DNA of 56,479 nucleotides from positions 1-56,479 of the IMG/VR virus record IMGVR_UViG_3300044730_001415; one strand, written 5' to 3'. Both the position numbers and the translations under genes were made by a program. This document shows positions 7,756-17,778 of the stretch, one piece after another (the first letter of the stretch is position 1; the number at the start of each line of letters is the position of its first letter). Origin of the DNA: a virus. Taxonomy: Duplodnaviria > Caudoviricetes. The notes under the pieces are model-generated. The model saw only the letters and a program-made list of their open reading frames with translations. It was not told where the DNA came from and did no database searches.

Positions 7756-10489
7756 TGAGGATGAATACAAAGACTATTTGGCTCACTACGGGATTTTGCG
7801 TAAGTCTGGACGTTACCCTTGGGGTTCTGGCGGAGAAGAAATACACTATACAGAGTTTCTCAGCACTGTTGATTCTTTAAAGAAACAAGGGCTTTCGGAG
7901 ACTGCTATTGCGGCAGGCCTTGGTATGAACACGTCCGAGCTTCGAGCTCGAAAGTCAATTGCTAAGAACGAACAAAAACAAGCACGTATCGATCAGGCTT
8001 GGGGCTTAAAAGATAAGGGCGTAAGCACGTCTGAAATCGGTAGGATTATGGGTATTCCAGAATCTACTGTTCGAACGTTACTCGTCCCCGGCGAGAAAGA
8101 CAAGTTGGACCGACTTCAGTCAGTTACCAACATGTTGAAAAAAGAGGTCGATCAAAAAAAGTATCTCGACGTAGGCGATAACACTTGGTTGCATCAAGGC
8201 GTATCAGAAACAACCTGGCGCAATGCGGTTGCCTTGGCTAGAGAAGAAGGCTACACAAAACATTACGTTCGAGTGCTTCAGCTTGGTACCGGAAAAGAAA
8301 CTACAGTTAAAGTGTTAGCCGGCCCTGGAGTGAAAACGTCAGAAGTCAGAAAAAATCAAGACCTCATTCGACAAGTTCAGAATTTCTCTGATGACGGCGG
8401 TAGATCTTTCTTTGGGTTGCTGCCTCCGCTCAAAATAGATCCAAAACGAGTGGACGTAGTTTATAAAGAACAAGGCGGAGATAAACTTGACGGCGTAATA
8501 TATGTGCGCCAAGGCGTTAAAGATGTTTCTCTGGGCGATGCTCGCTACGCACAAGTTCGAATCGCGGTTGGTGATGGGCATTATATGAAGGGTATGGCTA
8601 TGTATAAAGAGGATCTGCCCAAGGGCATTGATCTTCAATTCAACACAAATAAAAGCGATACCGGAAATAAACTTGATGCACTTAAACCAGTAAAGCGTAC
8701 GGGAGAAGGCGACGTTGATGAGGCTAACCCGTTCGGTTCTATAGTTCGACAAATCGTGGCTAGAGAATCAGATGGTAAGCAGTATTTAACTGGATATGGC
8801 AAGAACCTGACTGATGGTACAGAAAAAGTGATCTCTGCCATGAACATTGTGCATGAAGAAGGAAACTGGTCGAACTGGTCAGACACCCTGTCTAAACAAG
8901 TACTATCTAAGCAAAGCACAAAATTAGCAAAAACACAGTTGGACATGACGTATGAGAGTAAGGAAGCAGAATTCAAAGAAATCGCTAAGCTTACTAACCC
9001 GGCCGTTCGAAAGCTACTTTTAGAAAAGCTAGCTGATGATGTTGATTCTTCAGCAGTACATTTGAAGGCCGCTGCGTTAAAGGGTCAAGGGACTCACGTC
9101 ATTCTTCCGATTGGCTCTATGCCCCCGAGTCAAGTTTATGCGCCGAATTACCTTGATGGAACAAAAGTCGTGTTAATTCGATTCCCGCATGGTGGCACTT
9201 TTGAGATTCCAGAATTGACGGTGAACAACAAGCAACCCGAAGCAAAGCGATTGCTGAAGGACGCACGAGATGCGATTGGCATTCATCACTCCGTTGCCGA
9301 AAGGTTGTCTGGCGCAGACTTCGATGGCGACACGGTACTCGTAATACCAAATGACGGCCCTGTTTCTAAAAGAATAGATACAACACGAGCACTGGAAGAC
9401 TTACAAGGGTTTGACCCAAGAAGTTCTTATCGTCGTTATGAGGGCATGAAAGTTATGACCGCACGCGAAAAAGGACTCGAGATGGGTCTCGTGTCAAACT
9501 TAATTACTGACATGACTTTACGAGGCGCGTCTAGAAGCGAACTAGCTAGAGCAATTAAACACTCAATGGTAGTCATTGATGCTGAGAAACACGAACTAAA
9601 CTATAAGCAATCGGCGATAGACAATGGCATTCCCGCATTAAAAGCTAAGTATCAAGGTGGACCAACCGCCGGTGCATCCACTCTAATCTCGTTATCAAAC
9701 CAACAGCTTAGAGTCCCCGACCTCAAACCAAGGCGGGCGCAAGATGGTGGACCAATAGACAAAGCTACGGGCAAAAGGGTATTTGATCCGGCATCTGCTG
9801 AAACTTTTGTTAATAGCAAAGGAAAACAAAACGTAAGAACAAGGCAGTCGGTTAGGCTCGCGGAGACCGACGATGCGTTTACTTTAATTAAAAATACCCC
9901 CACCCAAATTGAAAAGGTATACGCTGAGCATTCTAACAAACTAAAGAACCTTGCTAATGAAATCAGATTAGAGCAAATCAATACCCCCAATGTGGTGAGG
10001 TCGCCATCTGCAGCCAAAGTTTATAAGAAAGAAGTAGATTCCCTGACAGCTAAGCTTCGCATAGCTGAAAGAAACGCCCCCCTTGAAAGGCAGGCTCAGA
10101 TCTTTGCTAATGCTATTGTTCGTATGCGTCAAGCAGCCAATCCTGATATGGACAAAGAAACATTAAAGAAGGTTAAAACCCAGGCCCTAAATCAAGCCCG
10201 TACCCGAACAGGTGCAGGCAAGGATAAAATAGTCATCACTCCAGACGAGTGGAATGCCATTCAACAGGGTGCCGTGTCCAACACAAAACTCAATGAGATT
10301 CTAAGACAATCTGACATTGACGTAGTGCGACAGTTTGCTACACCAGTAAACAAAAAGATTATGACTTCTAATAAAGTTGTAAGAGCCAAGCAAATGTTGG
10401 CCAGTGGCTACACAAGAGCCGAAGTCGCAGCAAAGTTTGGTATCTCTTTAACAACACTAGACACTGCAGTAAACGAGTCCGAGGCTTAG
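7745..10489 (+). CDS. putative single-subunit double-psi-beta-barrel RNA polymerase with HTH domains
   Basis: LSGADFDGDT catalytic-type motif (nt 9317-9331), RFP, QVRI...KG, GLVSNL, HSMVVIDAEKH; HTH-like segments near both termini. Confidence 0.72.
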   Translation: MIIDEDEYKDYLAHYGILRKSGRYPWGSGGEEIHYTEFLSTVDSLKKQGLSETAIAAGLGMNTSELRARKSIAKNEQKQARIDQAWGLKDKGVSTSEIGRIMGIPESTVRTLLVPGEKDKLDRLQSVTNMLKKEVDQKKYLDVGDNTWLHQGVSETTWRNAVALAREEGYTKHYVRVLQLGTGKETTVKVLAGPGVKTSEVRKNQDLIRQVQNFSDDGGRSFFGLLPPLKIDPKRVDVVYKEQGGDKLDGVIYVRQGVKDVSLGDARYAQVRIAVGDGHYMKGMAMYKEDLPKGIDLQFNTNKSDTGNKLDALKPVKRTGEGDVDEANPFGSIVRQIVARESDGKQYLTGYGKNLTDGTEKVISAMNIVHEEGNWSNWSDTLSKQVLSKQSTKLAKTQLDMTYESKEAEFKEIAKLTNPAVRKLLLEKLADDVDSSAVHLKAAALKGQGTHVILPIGSMPPSQVYAPNYLDGTKVVLIRFPHGGTFEIPELTVNNKQPEAKRLLKDARDAIGIHHSVAERLSGADFDGDTVLVIPNDGPVSKRIDTTRALEDLQGFDPRSSYRRYEGMKVMTAREKGLEMGLVSNLITDMTLRGASRSELARAIKHSMVVIDAEKHELNYKQSAIDNGIPALKAKYQGGPTAGASTLISLSNQQLRVPDLKPRRAQDGGPIDKATGKRVFDPASAETFVNSKGKQNVRTRQSVRLAETDDAFTLIKNTPTQIEKVYAEHSNKLKNLANEIRLEQINTPNVVRSPSAAKVYKKEVDSLTAKLRIAERNAPLERQAQIFANAIVRMRQAANPDMDKETLKKVKTQALNQARTRTGAGKDKIVITPDEWNAIQQGAVSNTKLNEILRQSDIDVVRQFATPVNKKIMTSNKVVRAKQMLASGYTRAEVAAKFGISLTTLDTAVNESEA

Positions 10490-10502
10490 GAAGGAGGAAA
10501 GC

Positions 10503-10808
10503 ATGAGCGACATAACTAATTCAAACAACACTAAGTTAAACGATACTAATGCGAAACAATACGAGTCTATGCTTACTACTGTTGACAATCCATTTGATCC
10601 GTTTACTCAATTCAAGCCTTGGTTTTCTTTTGATATAGCCTCCGGGTACCACACACTGGCCTTGCTAGCTAGAATCATCAATACATCCAATGAAATGTCA
10701 GACGCCGACCAACTAGCTGCCAACGAACTAGCCATCGATGAAATACTTATGGAAAACGTTAGTGGTATGCATAGACGAGTCATGCGAGAAGTAGATAGTA
10801 ACGTCTAG
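10503..10808 (+). CDS. conserved phage protein
   Basis: MLTTVDNPFDPFTQF..W motif; AGGAGG RBS. Confidence 0.7.
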   Translation: MSDITNSNNTKLNDTNAKQYESMLTTVDNPFDPFTQFKPWFSFDIASGYHTLALLARIINTSNEMSDADQLAANELAIDEILMENVSGMHRRVMREVDSNV

Positions 10809-10824
10809 TTGCGGTAAAGCTCTA

Positions 10825-10896
10825 CCCGGGGGAGGGGGTCTTCAAAAATACCCCCCCCTTGTTTATCGCCGGTGTCCTCTATATTTCCCCGGGGGA
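10825..10896. other. putative cos / genome-end region (candidate overhang CGCCGGTGT, 10867-10875)
   Basis: G/C-run inverted repeats (GGGGGAGGGGGT/ACCCCCCCC, CCCCGGGG) flank CGCCGGTGT just upstream of the packaging genes; resembles CGCCG-starting overhangs recalled for related phages. Confidence 0.5.
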
Positions 10897-10944
10897 GCAT
10901 TTACCATGATCAATTTACGATTCGACTATCAATTGAGGACTTAG

Positions 10945-11241
10945 ATGAGTGACGAGATTAACTTTAATGTGTCAACCCCGTTCACAAACGTGGTAAGTCG
11001 CGGCGGTAAATTTGATGACGCTTCTTTTTATGCCGGATTCGAAATGGGAAATCTTGACTTCAAGTTATTTCAAATGAATGCGATCCAAGCGGACTCCCTT
11101 TGTGTCGTAATTCTTAGCGATAACCTGCATCAAGCCGATATCATCGCAATGAAACATGGTTTAGTTTTGACGGAAAAGACATTTAATGACACAGGCAACC
11201 TGTGTAGTTGTCGGTTCGCAAAAGCTAATCATGTGCTCTAA
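10945..11241 (+). CDS. hypothetical protein
   Basis: GAGG RBS, 98 aa. Confidence 0.6.
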   Translation: MSDEINFNVSTPFTNVVSRGGKFDDASFYAGFEMGNLDFKLFQMNAIQADSLCVVILSDNLHQADIIAMKHGLVLTEKTFNDTGNLCSCRFAKANHVL

Positions 11242-11262
11242 CCCCTATAGGGAGTACGTGCA

Positions 11263-11538
11263 ATGAATGAGTTTGAAAAGCTCCAACATAAAAAACTTAT
11301 TGAGCAACGACAAAAAAAATGTGTGACCTGTTCTGGTGTACTTAGTTTACCAAAAACAAAAATTAAACAGTTTTACGAAGCGCTATTAGATCACAGTATA
11401 AGTGCTCCAGTCATTTGTGAGGTTTTAAATGATTGGGGAATAGCTTCAAGCACCAGCACAATCTTAAACCACAGACACGGGCGCGACAGCTATGCGGCAC
11501 ATATGGCCGTAATAAAAAAGGCGGCAGGAATTGAATAA
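11263..11538 (+). CDS. small Cys/His protein (possible Zn/DNA binding)
   Basis: CVTC...I...L..WG...S.STI.NHR. Confidence 0.6.
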   Translation: MNEFEKLQHKKLIEQRQKKCVTCSGVLSLPKTKIKQFYEALLDHSISAPVICEVLNDWGIASSTSTILNHRHGRDSYAAHMAVIKKAAGIE

Positions 11539-12652
11539 GTCAAAAACAGATGATTTCTCCAAGGCGCAAAACGAATCCGATCTTTATCTTGCTCGACTTA
11601 AAGCAGATAAGCTTGAACGAACCTTAAAAACCACAACGCTTAATTTAGCAGAAAGCGCTAAACGCGTCGAAGAGCTTGAACGTTCATTAAAAATTTTTGA
11701 AAAGATTGACAAGTTCAATCCAAATCCGGATTGGCTGGTTAAACAACCCGCATCAAGTTCAAAGAAACATCACGGAACTTGGACCGTTATGCTCAGTGAT
11801 CTTCACCTTGATGAAGTCGTCAATGTGCATGAAGTTATGGGTATGAACAAGCTTGATCGCCAAATTTCCGAAATGCGTTTAAAGAAAATTTTTAACGGAA
11901 TAGTTAAAATTGCAGACGATTGGCATAGTGGTATTTCTGTGGACGGTCTTGTTCTACAGCTCGGCGGTGACCTTTTTGCCGGAGTCATTCATGATGAACT
12001 TCGCAGAACGAACTCGGCCCCAATTCTTGACACGCTTGATTATTGGATCGATCCCTTTGTACAAGGCATCGAAATGTTAGCGAAGCATTTTGGTAAAATT
12101 TACATTCCGGTCGTGGTTGGTAATCATGGGCGATACGATCGTAAACCAATTGCCAAACTCAGAGCTCGCGAAAACTATGACTGGTACTTCAGTAAAGTGG
12201 TGGCGCGAGTAGTGGCTGAGCGTAAAATAAAAGGCGTCGACTTTCATATTTCAGACAGCGCAGATGTCACATACATGACTTATGGTTATCGCAAAATGCT
12301 TACACATGGCGATCAAGCTAGTGGCGGTTCTGGTTGGGGCGGCATTATGTCACCCATTATGCGCATGGATGATAAGAAACAAAAGCGACAATCTGCGGTC
12401 GGTCTCTCGTACGACTACATGGACATTGGGCACTGGCATCAACTTATTTGGCTCCCACGAGGAATGATTAACGGGTGCATGTCCGGTTACGATGAGTACG
12501 CCTTCCTCAATAACTTTGGGTTCGAAGAGCCACAGCAAGGCATGTATCTTATGACCCCAGAACACGGAAGAACGTTTACCGCACCTATATTTTGTCAAGA
12601 TAGTGTTGCCGAAGGCTGGGGCGACAAGAGTGTACAGTCGCTTAGAAATTAG
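11531..12652 (+). CDS. calcineurin-like metallophosphoesterase with N-terminal coiled coil
   Basis: SDLH, GGDLF, GNHG, THGD, GHWH motifs. Confidence 0.85.
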   Translation: MNKSKTDDFSKAQNESDLYLARLKADKLERTLKTTTLNLAESAKRVEELERSLKIFEKIDKFNPNPDWLVKQPASSSKKHHGTWTVMLSDLHLDEVVNVHEVMGMNKLDRQISEMRLKKIFNGIVKIADDWHSGISVDGLVLQLGGDLFAGVIHDELRRTNSAPILDTLDYWIDPFVQGIEMLAKHFGKIYIPVVVGNHGRYDRKPIAKLRARENYDWYFSKVVARVVAERKIKGVDFHISDSADVTYMTYGYRKMLTHGDQASGGSGWGGIMSPIMRMDDKKQKRQSAVGLSYDYMDIGHWHQLIWLPRGMINGCMSGYDEYAFLNNFGFEEPQQGMYLMTPEHGRTFTAPIFCQDSVAEGWGDKSVQSLRN

Positions 12653-12664
12653 AAAGGAGAGTAT

Positions 12665-13015
12665 ATGGTTGCTCGCAATGCTTCATCGGGAAAACAAAAA
12701 TTAGAACGCAAAATAAAACCGGCAACCACTCCGGAAGGTCAAGAAACGTTAATGATCTCTAGAGCTATGCAGCTTGCCGAAAAACAGATAGAAGAGGGCA
12801 CTGCATCCGCGCAAGTCATAACGCATTTTTTGAAACTAGGCACTACAAGAGAGCGCCTAGAACAGCAGCGGCTTCAGCACGAAAACGAGCTTCTTAAAAA
12901 GAAAACAGAAGCAATGGAGTCGGCTAAGGAAGTCGAAGCATTGTATCGAGAGGCACTTAACGCGATGCGAAGCTACAACGGAGAAGAAACAGATTTAGAT
13001 GGCCAAGAAGATTAG
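12665..13015 (+). CDS. conserved packaging-region protein (possible terminase small subunit)
   Basis: PATTPE...LAEKQ..EGTASAQVITHFLKLG plus coiled coil; sits before the HNH gene. Confidence 0.5.
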   Translation: MVARNASSGKQKLERKIKPATTPEGQETLMISRAMQLAEKQIEEGTASAQVITHFLKLGTTRERLEQQRLQHENELLKKKTEAMESAKEVEALYREALNAMRSYNGEETDLDGQED

Positions 13016-13415
13016 AACTTATTCTGAGCTAAAGCAATTTGATAGCTTTGAGGATAGGTACGCTTATTTACGTCTTGGTGGTGAAGTTGGAGCTTCAACG
13101 TTTGGGTTTGATCGCTACATCAACCAGGCTTTTTATACTTCTACCGAGTGGAAAAGAGCGCGACGCATTGCTATCGCTCGCGATTCTGGTTGTGACTTAG
13201 GCGTTTTAGGTATGTATATTCATGCAAATTTGCTGGTGCATCACATGAACCCAGTTGAGCTTGATGATTTATTGGATCATGAAGAGTGGGTTCTCGACCC
13301 AGAATATCTAATCACGACTTCTCAAAACACGCATAATGCCATTCACTATGGGGACGTAAGTCTTTTACCGCAAAAAATAGTGGATCGATCGCCTGGTGAC
13401 ACAAAACTTTGGTAG
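12999..13415 (+). CDS. HNH endonuclease (packaging-associated)
   Basis: FY.S.EW...R.....RD..C, VHHMNP, YLIT....THNAIH. Confidence 0.82.
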   Translation: MAKKIRTYSELKQFDSFEDRYAYLRLGGEVGASTFGFDRYINQAFYTSTEWKRARRIAIARDSGCDLGVLGMYIHANLLVHHMNPVELDDLLDHEEWVLDPEYLITTSQNTHNAIHYGDVSLLPQKIVDRSPGDTKLW

Positions 13416-13426
13416 AAAGGAATCAA

Positions 13427-14239
13427 ATGTCTAAAGTTTTATATCCTTTTGGTTATGGTACACGGCTAGTAGATTTAGAAACAATTAAAGAATATTTACG
13501 TTTTCGCATGCATCCGGAAGCTTTCAGACGAACTATTAATTTTATTATACACCAAGGCGGGAAGTTTGGACCTGGCGGAGCAAGGAGAGCGCGAGGGGGA
13601 CAACCTAACAAACCGGGTTTTGCCCTTGAAGGTCAGTCCTTTCATCAAGACCAAAATTTTCCGTCAGGACTATACTACACGGCAGTGGACTGGGTTGTTG
13701 TAAATCCTGGACACAAACATCGCGCCCCAAACTGGGATGAAGTTCCAAAACAAGGATCTTTAGCGGCAATTCAGTATGGTTATCATATGAATGTTGGTGG
13801 GCCTGGTGAAAAAGGCGCCGAGTCATGGCATGGTCAACCAATTGAGTTAGATGGATGGAACACTTGGGTCGCTGCCGGCCGTCCAGACCTTGATTACTCT
13901 TATCAATTAGCCGAAGTCACACCTCGCCAGCAACCTCCACAACCTCCTGTCCCATCAACGCAACCATCAACTTCGGGAGTCATCGTGCAAATTAAGTCTC
14001 GTTATCTAAAAGAAGGCGCTGTCGGGAATGACGTAAAGTTCTTTCAGCGACAGCTAAACGAAATAGCCGGTCAAAGTCTTCTTATTGATGGGTATTACGG
14101 ATCAAAAACAAAAGATTCAGTAAGAAACTGGCAGGCGTTTTTTAAGAAAACAAGTGACGGGATTGTTCTCCCGCTTCATGGTGAGCTTGACAGTCTTACA
14201 CAAAAGTCGATCATTGAAGTCTCTCTTCTGACGGCATAA
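13427..14239 (+). CDS. endolysin: Zn-peptidase (M15-like) domain plus peptidoglycan-binding domain
   Basis: SFH...AVD...ESWH; Pro-rich linker; L..GA.GNDV..FQRQL......DGYYG.KT...VRNWQ. Confidence 0.75.
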   Translation: MSKVLYPFGYGTRLVDLETIKEYLRFRMHPEAFRRTINFIIHQGGKFGPGGARRARGGQPNKPGFALEGQSFHQDQNFPSGLYYTAVDWVVVNPGHKHRAPNWDEVPKQGSLAAIQYGYHMNVGGPGEKGAESWHGQPIELDGWNTWVAAGRPDLDYSYQLAEVTPRQQPPQPPVPSTQPSTSGVIVQIKSRYLKEGAVGNDVKFFQRQLNEIAGQSLLIDGYYGSKTKDSVRNWQAFFKKTSDGIVLPLHGELDSLTQKSIIEVSLLTA

Positions 14240-14348
14240 TACTTATTTGTCTCCCTTTAAATCGACAGAGACATAAAAATGAGTAATATTAAAAACTTTT
14301 CCATCTATAGTGCCGCCTAAAATTTAACGGCAAGAAAAGAGAATTAAA

Positions 14349-16400
14349 ATGAGCGCTATTTTAAAATCAACAACCGTTTCTACACCACCAATTAATACTA
14401 TTCCGGGTAACATCACCACAAAGTTTCGAGAGGCGTTTGAGAGTTACACGCCCGATGAGATCTGGGACGAGAACAAAGCGTCTGGTGACATTATTCAACT
14501 CGACGGTAATGCCGCCGCAGCTTCGTACCTCGTCATTTCTAAAGATCCGCATCAGGCCGGTACTGAGAGCAGTATTGAAACCACTCTGACGTTCACTCTC
14601 CCCGTAGAGATGGCGTTCGGTGTTTCAATGTCACAGCGCACGGTCGGGCAAGAGTTCGCTGTTGAAATCGTGGACACTGGTGCGCCGCTGGCCAATATCT
14701 CCGACATCGAAATCTCTAGCATCTCGCAGACCACGACAGTGCTGACCGTCAACACGACCACCAACCACGGCCTCAGTATTGGCAAGAGTGTCGGCGTCCG
14801 TGGGTGCTCCAACCAGTTGGCAAACTACCCGTCGTTAGTAGTTGCGTCAGTACCCGCCCCAAACCAGTTCACCTGTACGGTCGCGACAGGCACCATCACG
14901 AACCCTACTGGGGCTAAGGGCTTCGTGTATTTCCGTGAGCGTTTGGGTCGTGCTCAGAACGGCGTCTCGCAGATCTTTGAGACAGCCTCTGCTACACAGT
15001 CAAACCTGTACGTCCGGAGCGAGTCGGGCGATGCTCTCCCCTCGGGTGTAATCGCTGGTAGCCACGCCATCACGGTCGGTACGACCAACCCAGTCGCTCT
15101 TGCCTCGAGCCCGTACACCTACGCCTGGTCCCCGACGACCGAGTACCGCATTGTCTCGCAGGCTGACCGTGTGCAGTGGTCTGACGCCCCAGTGGACACG
15201 GTCACCCAGGCGTCGAACCGCGCCCTCCGCACCCAGGTGTGTCCCGACCCAAGCGCCACCTACAAGCTGCGGATTCGTGCTGTAAATAATAAGTCGTTAA
15301 CCGTTCCAAACGCAAAAGTCGTCTCGGTCGTGAAGTCTGGTACGACAACGGCTACGTTCACAACGGATGTGGACCATGGCTACACCACTGGCGATTTAGT
15401 AGTTTACTACGGCTCTAACGACCAGGGGGCCGCAAACTTCCCGAACCTTTTGACTGCGACGGCGATCACGGTGACGACGGCCAACACCTTCACTGCCGTG
15501 ATCGGTACTGGCACCACGGGCACTGGCTTTGGTGGCTACGTTGCCAAGGTCAATGGCGGCAACCTGATGTCGTCGCTCGGCGCAATCGCTATTACGGCGA
15601 TCAACGCGACTCTATCCACTCTTAGTGATGGCACCCGTCAGTTAGTGCTCACGGGAAGCGGCAACTGGTCTGGTGTAGCTATCGGCGACTACGTGAACGT
15701 GGTCGGTTGTCGCACTCTTGCGGCAAACCTCGGCGTGGACGGCGCATGGAAGGTTGCCAACTTTGCCACTACGACACTGACGCTGGTTCCTGCTACGAGT
15801 ACAATGGTGCCGTCGCTTCCCGCCGACTTCGGTCTCACCGTGTGCGGTGGCGGTGTCATCCGACGCACGTCGATGTTCCTTTCGTTCGTGCGAATCTTCG
15901 ACTACGAGCGAGAGCGAGTGGAAGTCATGGCTCGTCCCGCTGGTGATTTGTCCGGTTCGTTGCCGGTCGTCCTTCAGGGTGGCACCACCGCCGTTACGGG
16001 TACCTTAACGGGTGTCACCACGGTTTCGGCTGTGACAACCGCAAACGTCGTCCCTCAGGCGCCGGCTACTCAGTATTCCGTGAGCTCACTTGCAACAACT
16101 AACGCCGCTCTTATTTTAACGGGATCTTCTGGTCTTGGGGCCTTCTATGCGTCTAACACTGGCGCTACAGATGCTTTCGTTAAGTTGTACAACAAAGCGA
16201 CAGCACCGACGGTCGGAACTGATGTTCCGCTTATGGTTATCAGGGTCCCTGCGACGGGACAAGTGGAGTTAACTCCGGGTTTTACTGGATACCGCTTCCC
16301 GCTTGGACTCGGTATCGCCATCACAGGCGCCGCCGCCGATTCCGATACAACTGCCGTTGCTCTTAATCAGGTTAAGGTTCAGTTAAGTAGGACTGCATGA
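14349..16400 (+). CDS. Thr/Gly-rich beta-rich virion accessory or fiber-like protein
   Basis: Repeated T....HG...G..V units; visibly more GC-rich than flanking genes. Confidence 0.55.
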   Translation: MSAILKSTTVSTPPINTIPGNITTKFREAFESYTPDEIWDENKASGDIIQLDGNAAAASYLVISKDPHQAGTESSIETTLTFTLPVEMAFGVSMSQRTVGQEFAVEIVDTGAPLANISDIEISSISQTTTVLTVNTTTNHGLSIGKSVGVRGCSNQLANYPSLVVASVPAPNQFTCTVATGTITNPTGAKGFVYFRERLGRAQNGVSQIFETASATQSNLYVRSESGDALPSGVIAGSHAITVGTTNPVALASSPYTYAWSPTTEYRIVSQADRVQWSDAPVDTVTQASNRALRTQVCPDPSATYKLRIRAVNNKSLTVPNAKVVSVVKSGTTTATFTTDVDHGYTTGDLVVYYGSNDQGAANFPNLLTATAITVTTANTFTAVIGTGTTGTGFGGYVAKVNGGNLMSSLGAIAITAINATLSTLSDGTRQLVLTGSGNWSGVAIGDYVNVVGCRTLAANLGVDGAWKVANFATTTLTLVPATSTMVPSLPADFGLTVCGGGVIRRTSMFLSFVRIFDYERERVEVMARPAGDLSGSLPVVLQGGTTAVTGTLTGVTTVSAVTTANVVPQAPATQYSVSSLATTNAALILTGSSGLGAFYASNTGATDAFVKLYNKATAPTVGTDVPLMVIRVPATGQVELTPGFTGYRFPLGLGIAITGAAADSDTTAVALNQVKVQLSRTA

Positions 16401-16448
16401 CCAAGCTTAAACATTGCAACATCAAAGCACAGATCTAGGAGATGCCGC

Positions 16449-16613
16449 ATGTCTATTGAAGAAATCATCGAAATTACTAATAATAAACTTAAACACCTAC
16501 AAGCTAATCGAGTCTTAGCATTTAGTCGAGGCGATCTTGAAGTCGTCGAAAATCTTGATGCTAGTATTTTATTAACAGAAGATACTTTAAGACGGCTTCA
16601 AACTTTACTTTAA
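16449..16613 (+). CDS. small helical protein (54 aa, not in ORF track)
   Basis: AGGAG upstream; MSIEEIIEITNNKLKHLQANRVLAFSRGDLEVVENLDASILLTEDTLRRLQTLL. Confidence 0.5.
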   Translation: MSIEEIIEITNNKLKHLQANRVLAFSRGDLEVVENLDASILLTEDTLRRLQTLL

Positions 16614-16644
16614 CTTTTAACTTCTAAACGGAGGGTATGCCCTT

Positions 16645-16992
16645 ATGGAAACAAGTATTTTAACTAGTACAAAAAAGATTTTGGGCGTTGCCTCGGATTA
16701 TACAGCATTTGATTTGGACATAATAACTCATATCAATTCTGCTTTTGCAACAATTACTCAGCTTGGCATTGGGTCTTCTTCTGGATTTGCAATTGAAGAC
16801 GATGACTCAAAATGGGAGGACTTTATTGCAAATAATACAAAACTTGTGAGTATGTGTAAAACTTATGTTTATTTAAAAGTTCGTTATTTGTTTGATCCTC
16901 CCGTCACTTCCTTTCATCTAAACGCCATGAAAGAACAAATTGCCGAGCATGAGTGGCGTTTAAATCAATTTCGAGAAGAGTCAATAGTATGA
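16645..16992 (+). CDS. head-tail connector/adaptor-like protein
   Basis: SILTSTKKILG...FDLDIITHINSAF..I.QLG...YVYLKVR.LFDPP. Confidence 0.6.
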   Translation: METSILTSTKKILGVASDYTAFDLDIITHINSAFATITQLGIGSSSGFAIEDDDSKWEDFIANNTKLVSMCKTYVYLKVRYLFDPPVTSFHLNAMKEQIAEHEWRLNQFREESIV

Positions 16993-17720
16993 GCGCAAAA
17001 GATTCTTATGAACCACCGCAAGAAGTTCGCGATGAAGCCAAACGAGCATTAAAGTGGATTTCAGAAGGATTCGCAGGTTCTGGTTTTACTGGGGTAGGCC
17101 GAGCACGAGCGCGTGATCTCGCGTCAGGTCGTTCGATATCTGTAGACACAATGCGACGGATGTCGTCCTACTTCGCAAGACATGAGGTAGATAAACAAGG
17201 TAAGGGATGGGGACCCGACGAAAAAGGTTATCCTTCTGCCGGTCGTGTTGCATGGGCGGCATGGGGTGGAGATCCAGGGAGAAAGTGGGTAAGTAAAATG
17301 CTTTCCAATATTTCTGAAGTAAAGCATGATATAACAAAAGAACAAATAGACGAATATTTAGCCCATTACGGCGTTAAAGGTCAGCAGTGGGGTGTTCGAC
17401 GCACGCAAAAACAACTTGCCTTAGGTCGATCGGTTAAAAACAACAAGGGTAAAACCAAATTTAAAGAAAAAGGAAATCGTCTAACTGACGAGGAACTTAG
17501 CGCTCGAATTAAAAGGTTAGAAACCGAAAAACGATACAATGAACTGAATAAACGTCAAGTAAGTTCCGGCGTAAAACACATAAACGATGTTCTTGTGAAA
17601 ATCGGCAAAAATTCAGCAGAGACCGTTGGCACTAAAGCTACCGTATTTGCTGTGAAAAAGCTAATTGAAAAGAAGTATAACAAGCAGGTGGTTGCCGATA
17701 TGTTTCCGAAAAAGGGTTAA
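16989..17720 (+). CDS. head-associated protein with LAHYG..G..WG.RR motif
   Basis: N-terminal G.ARARDLA...RM.SYF.RH...AW..WGG domain, then YLAHYGVKGQQWGVRR and a basic tail. Confidence 0.6.
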   Translation: MSAKDSYEPPQEVRDEAKRALKWISEGFAGSGFTGVGRARARDLASGRSISVDTMRRMSSYFARHEVDKQGKGWGPDEKGYPSAGRVAWAAWGGDPGRKWVSKMLSNISEVKHDITKEQIDEYLAHYGVKGQQWGVRRTQKQLALGRSVKNNKGKTKFKEKGNRLTDEELSARIKRLETEKRYNELNKRQVSSGVKHINDVLVKIGKNSAETVGTKATVFAVKKLIEKKYNKQVVADMFPKKG

Positions 17721-17778
17721 CAAGGTAAAAAACGTTTGCAAAAGCTTCCAAAAAATAATTCGGAGGGAGGTTGCCACC

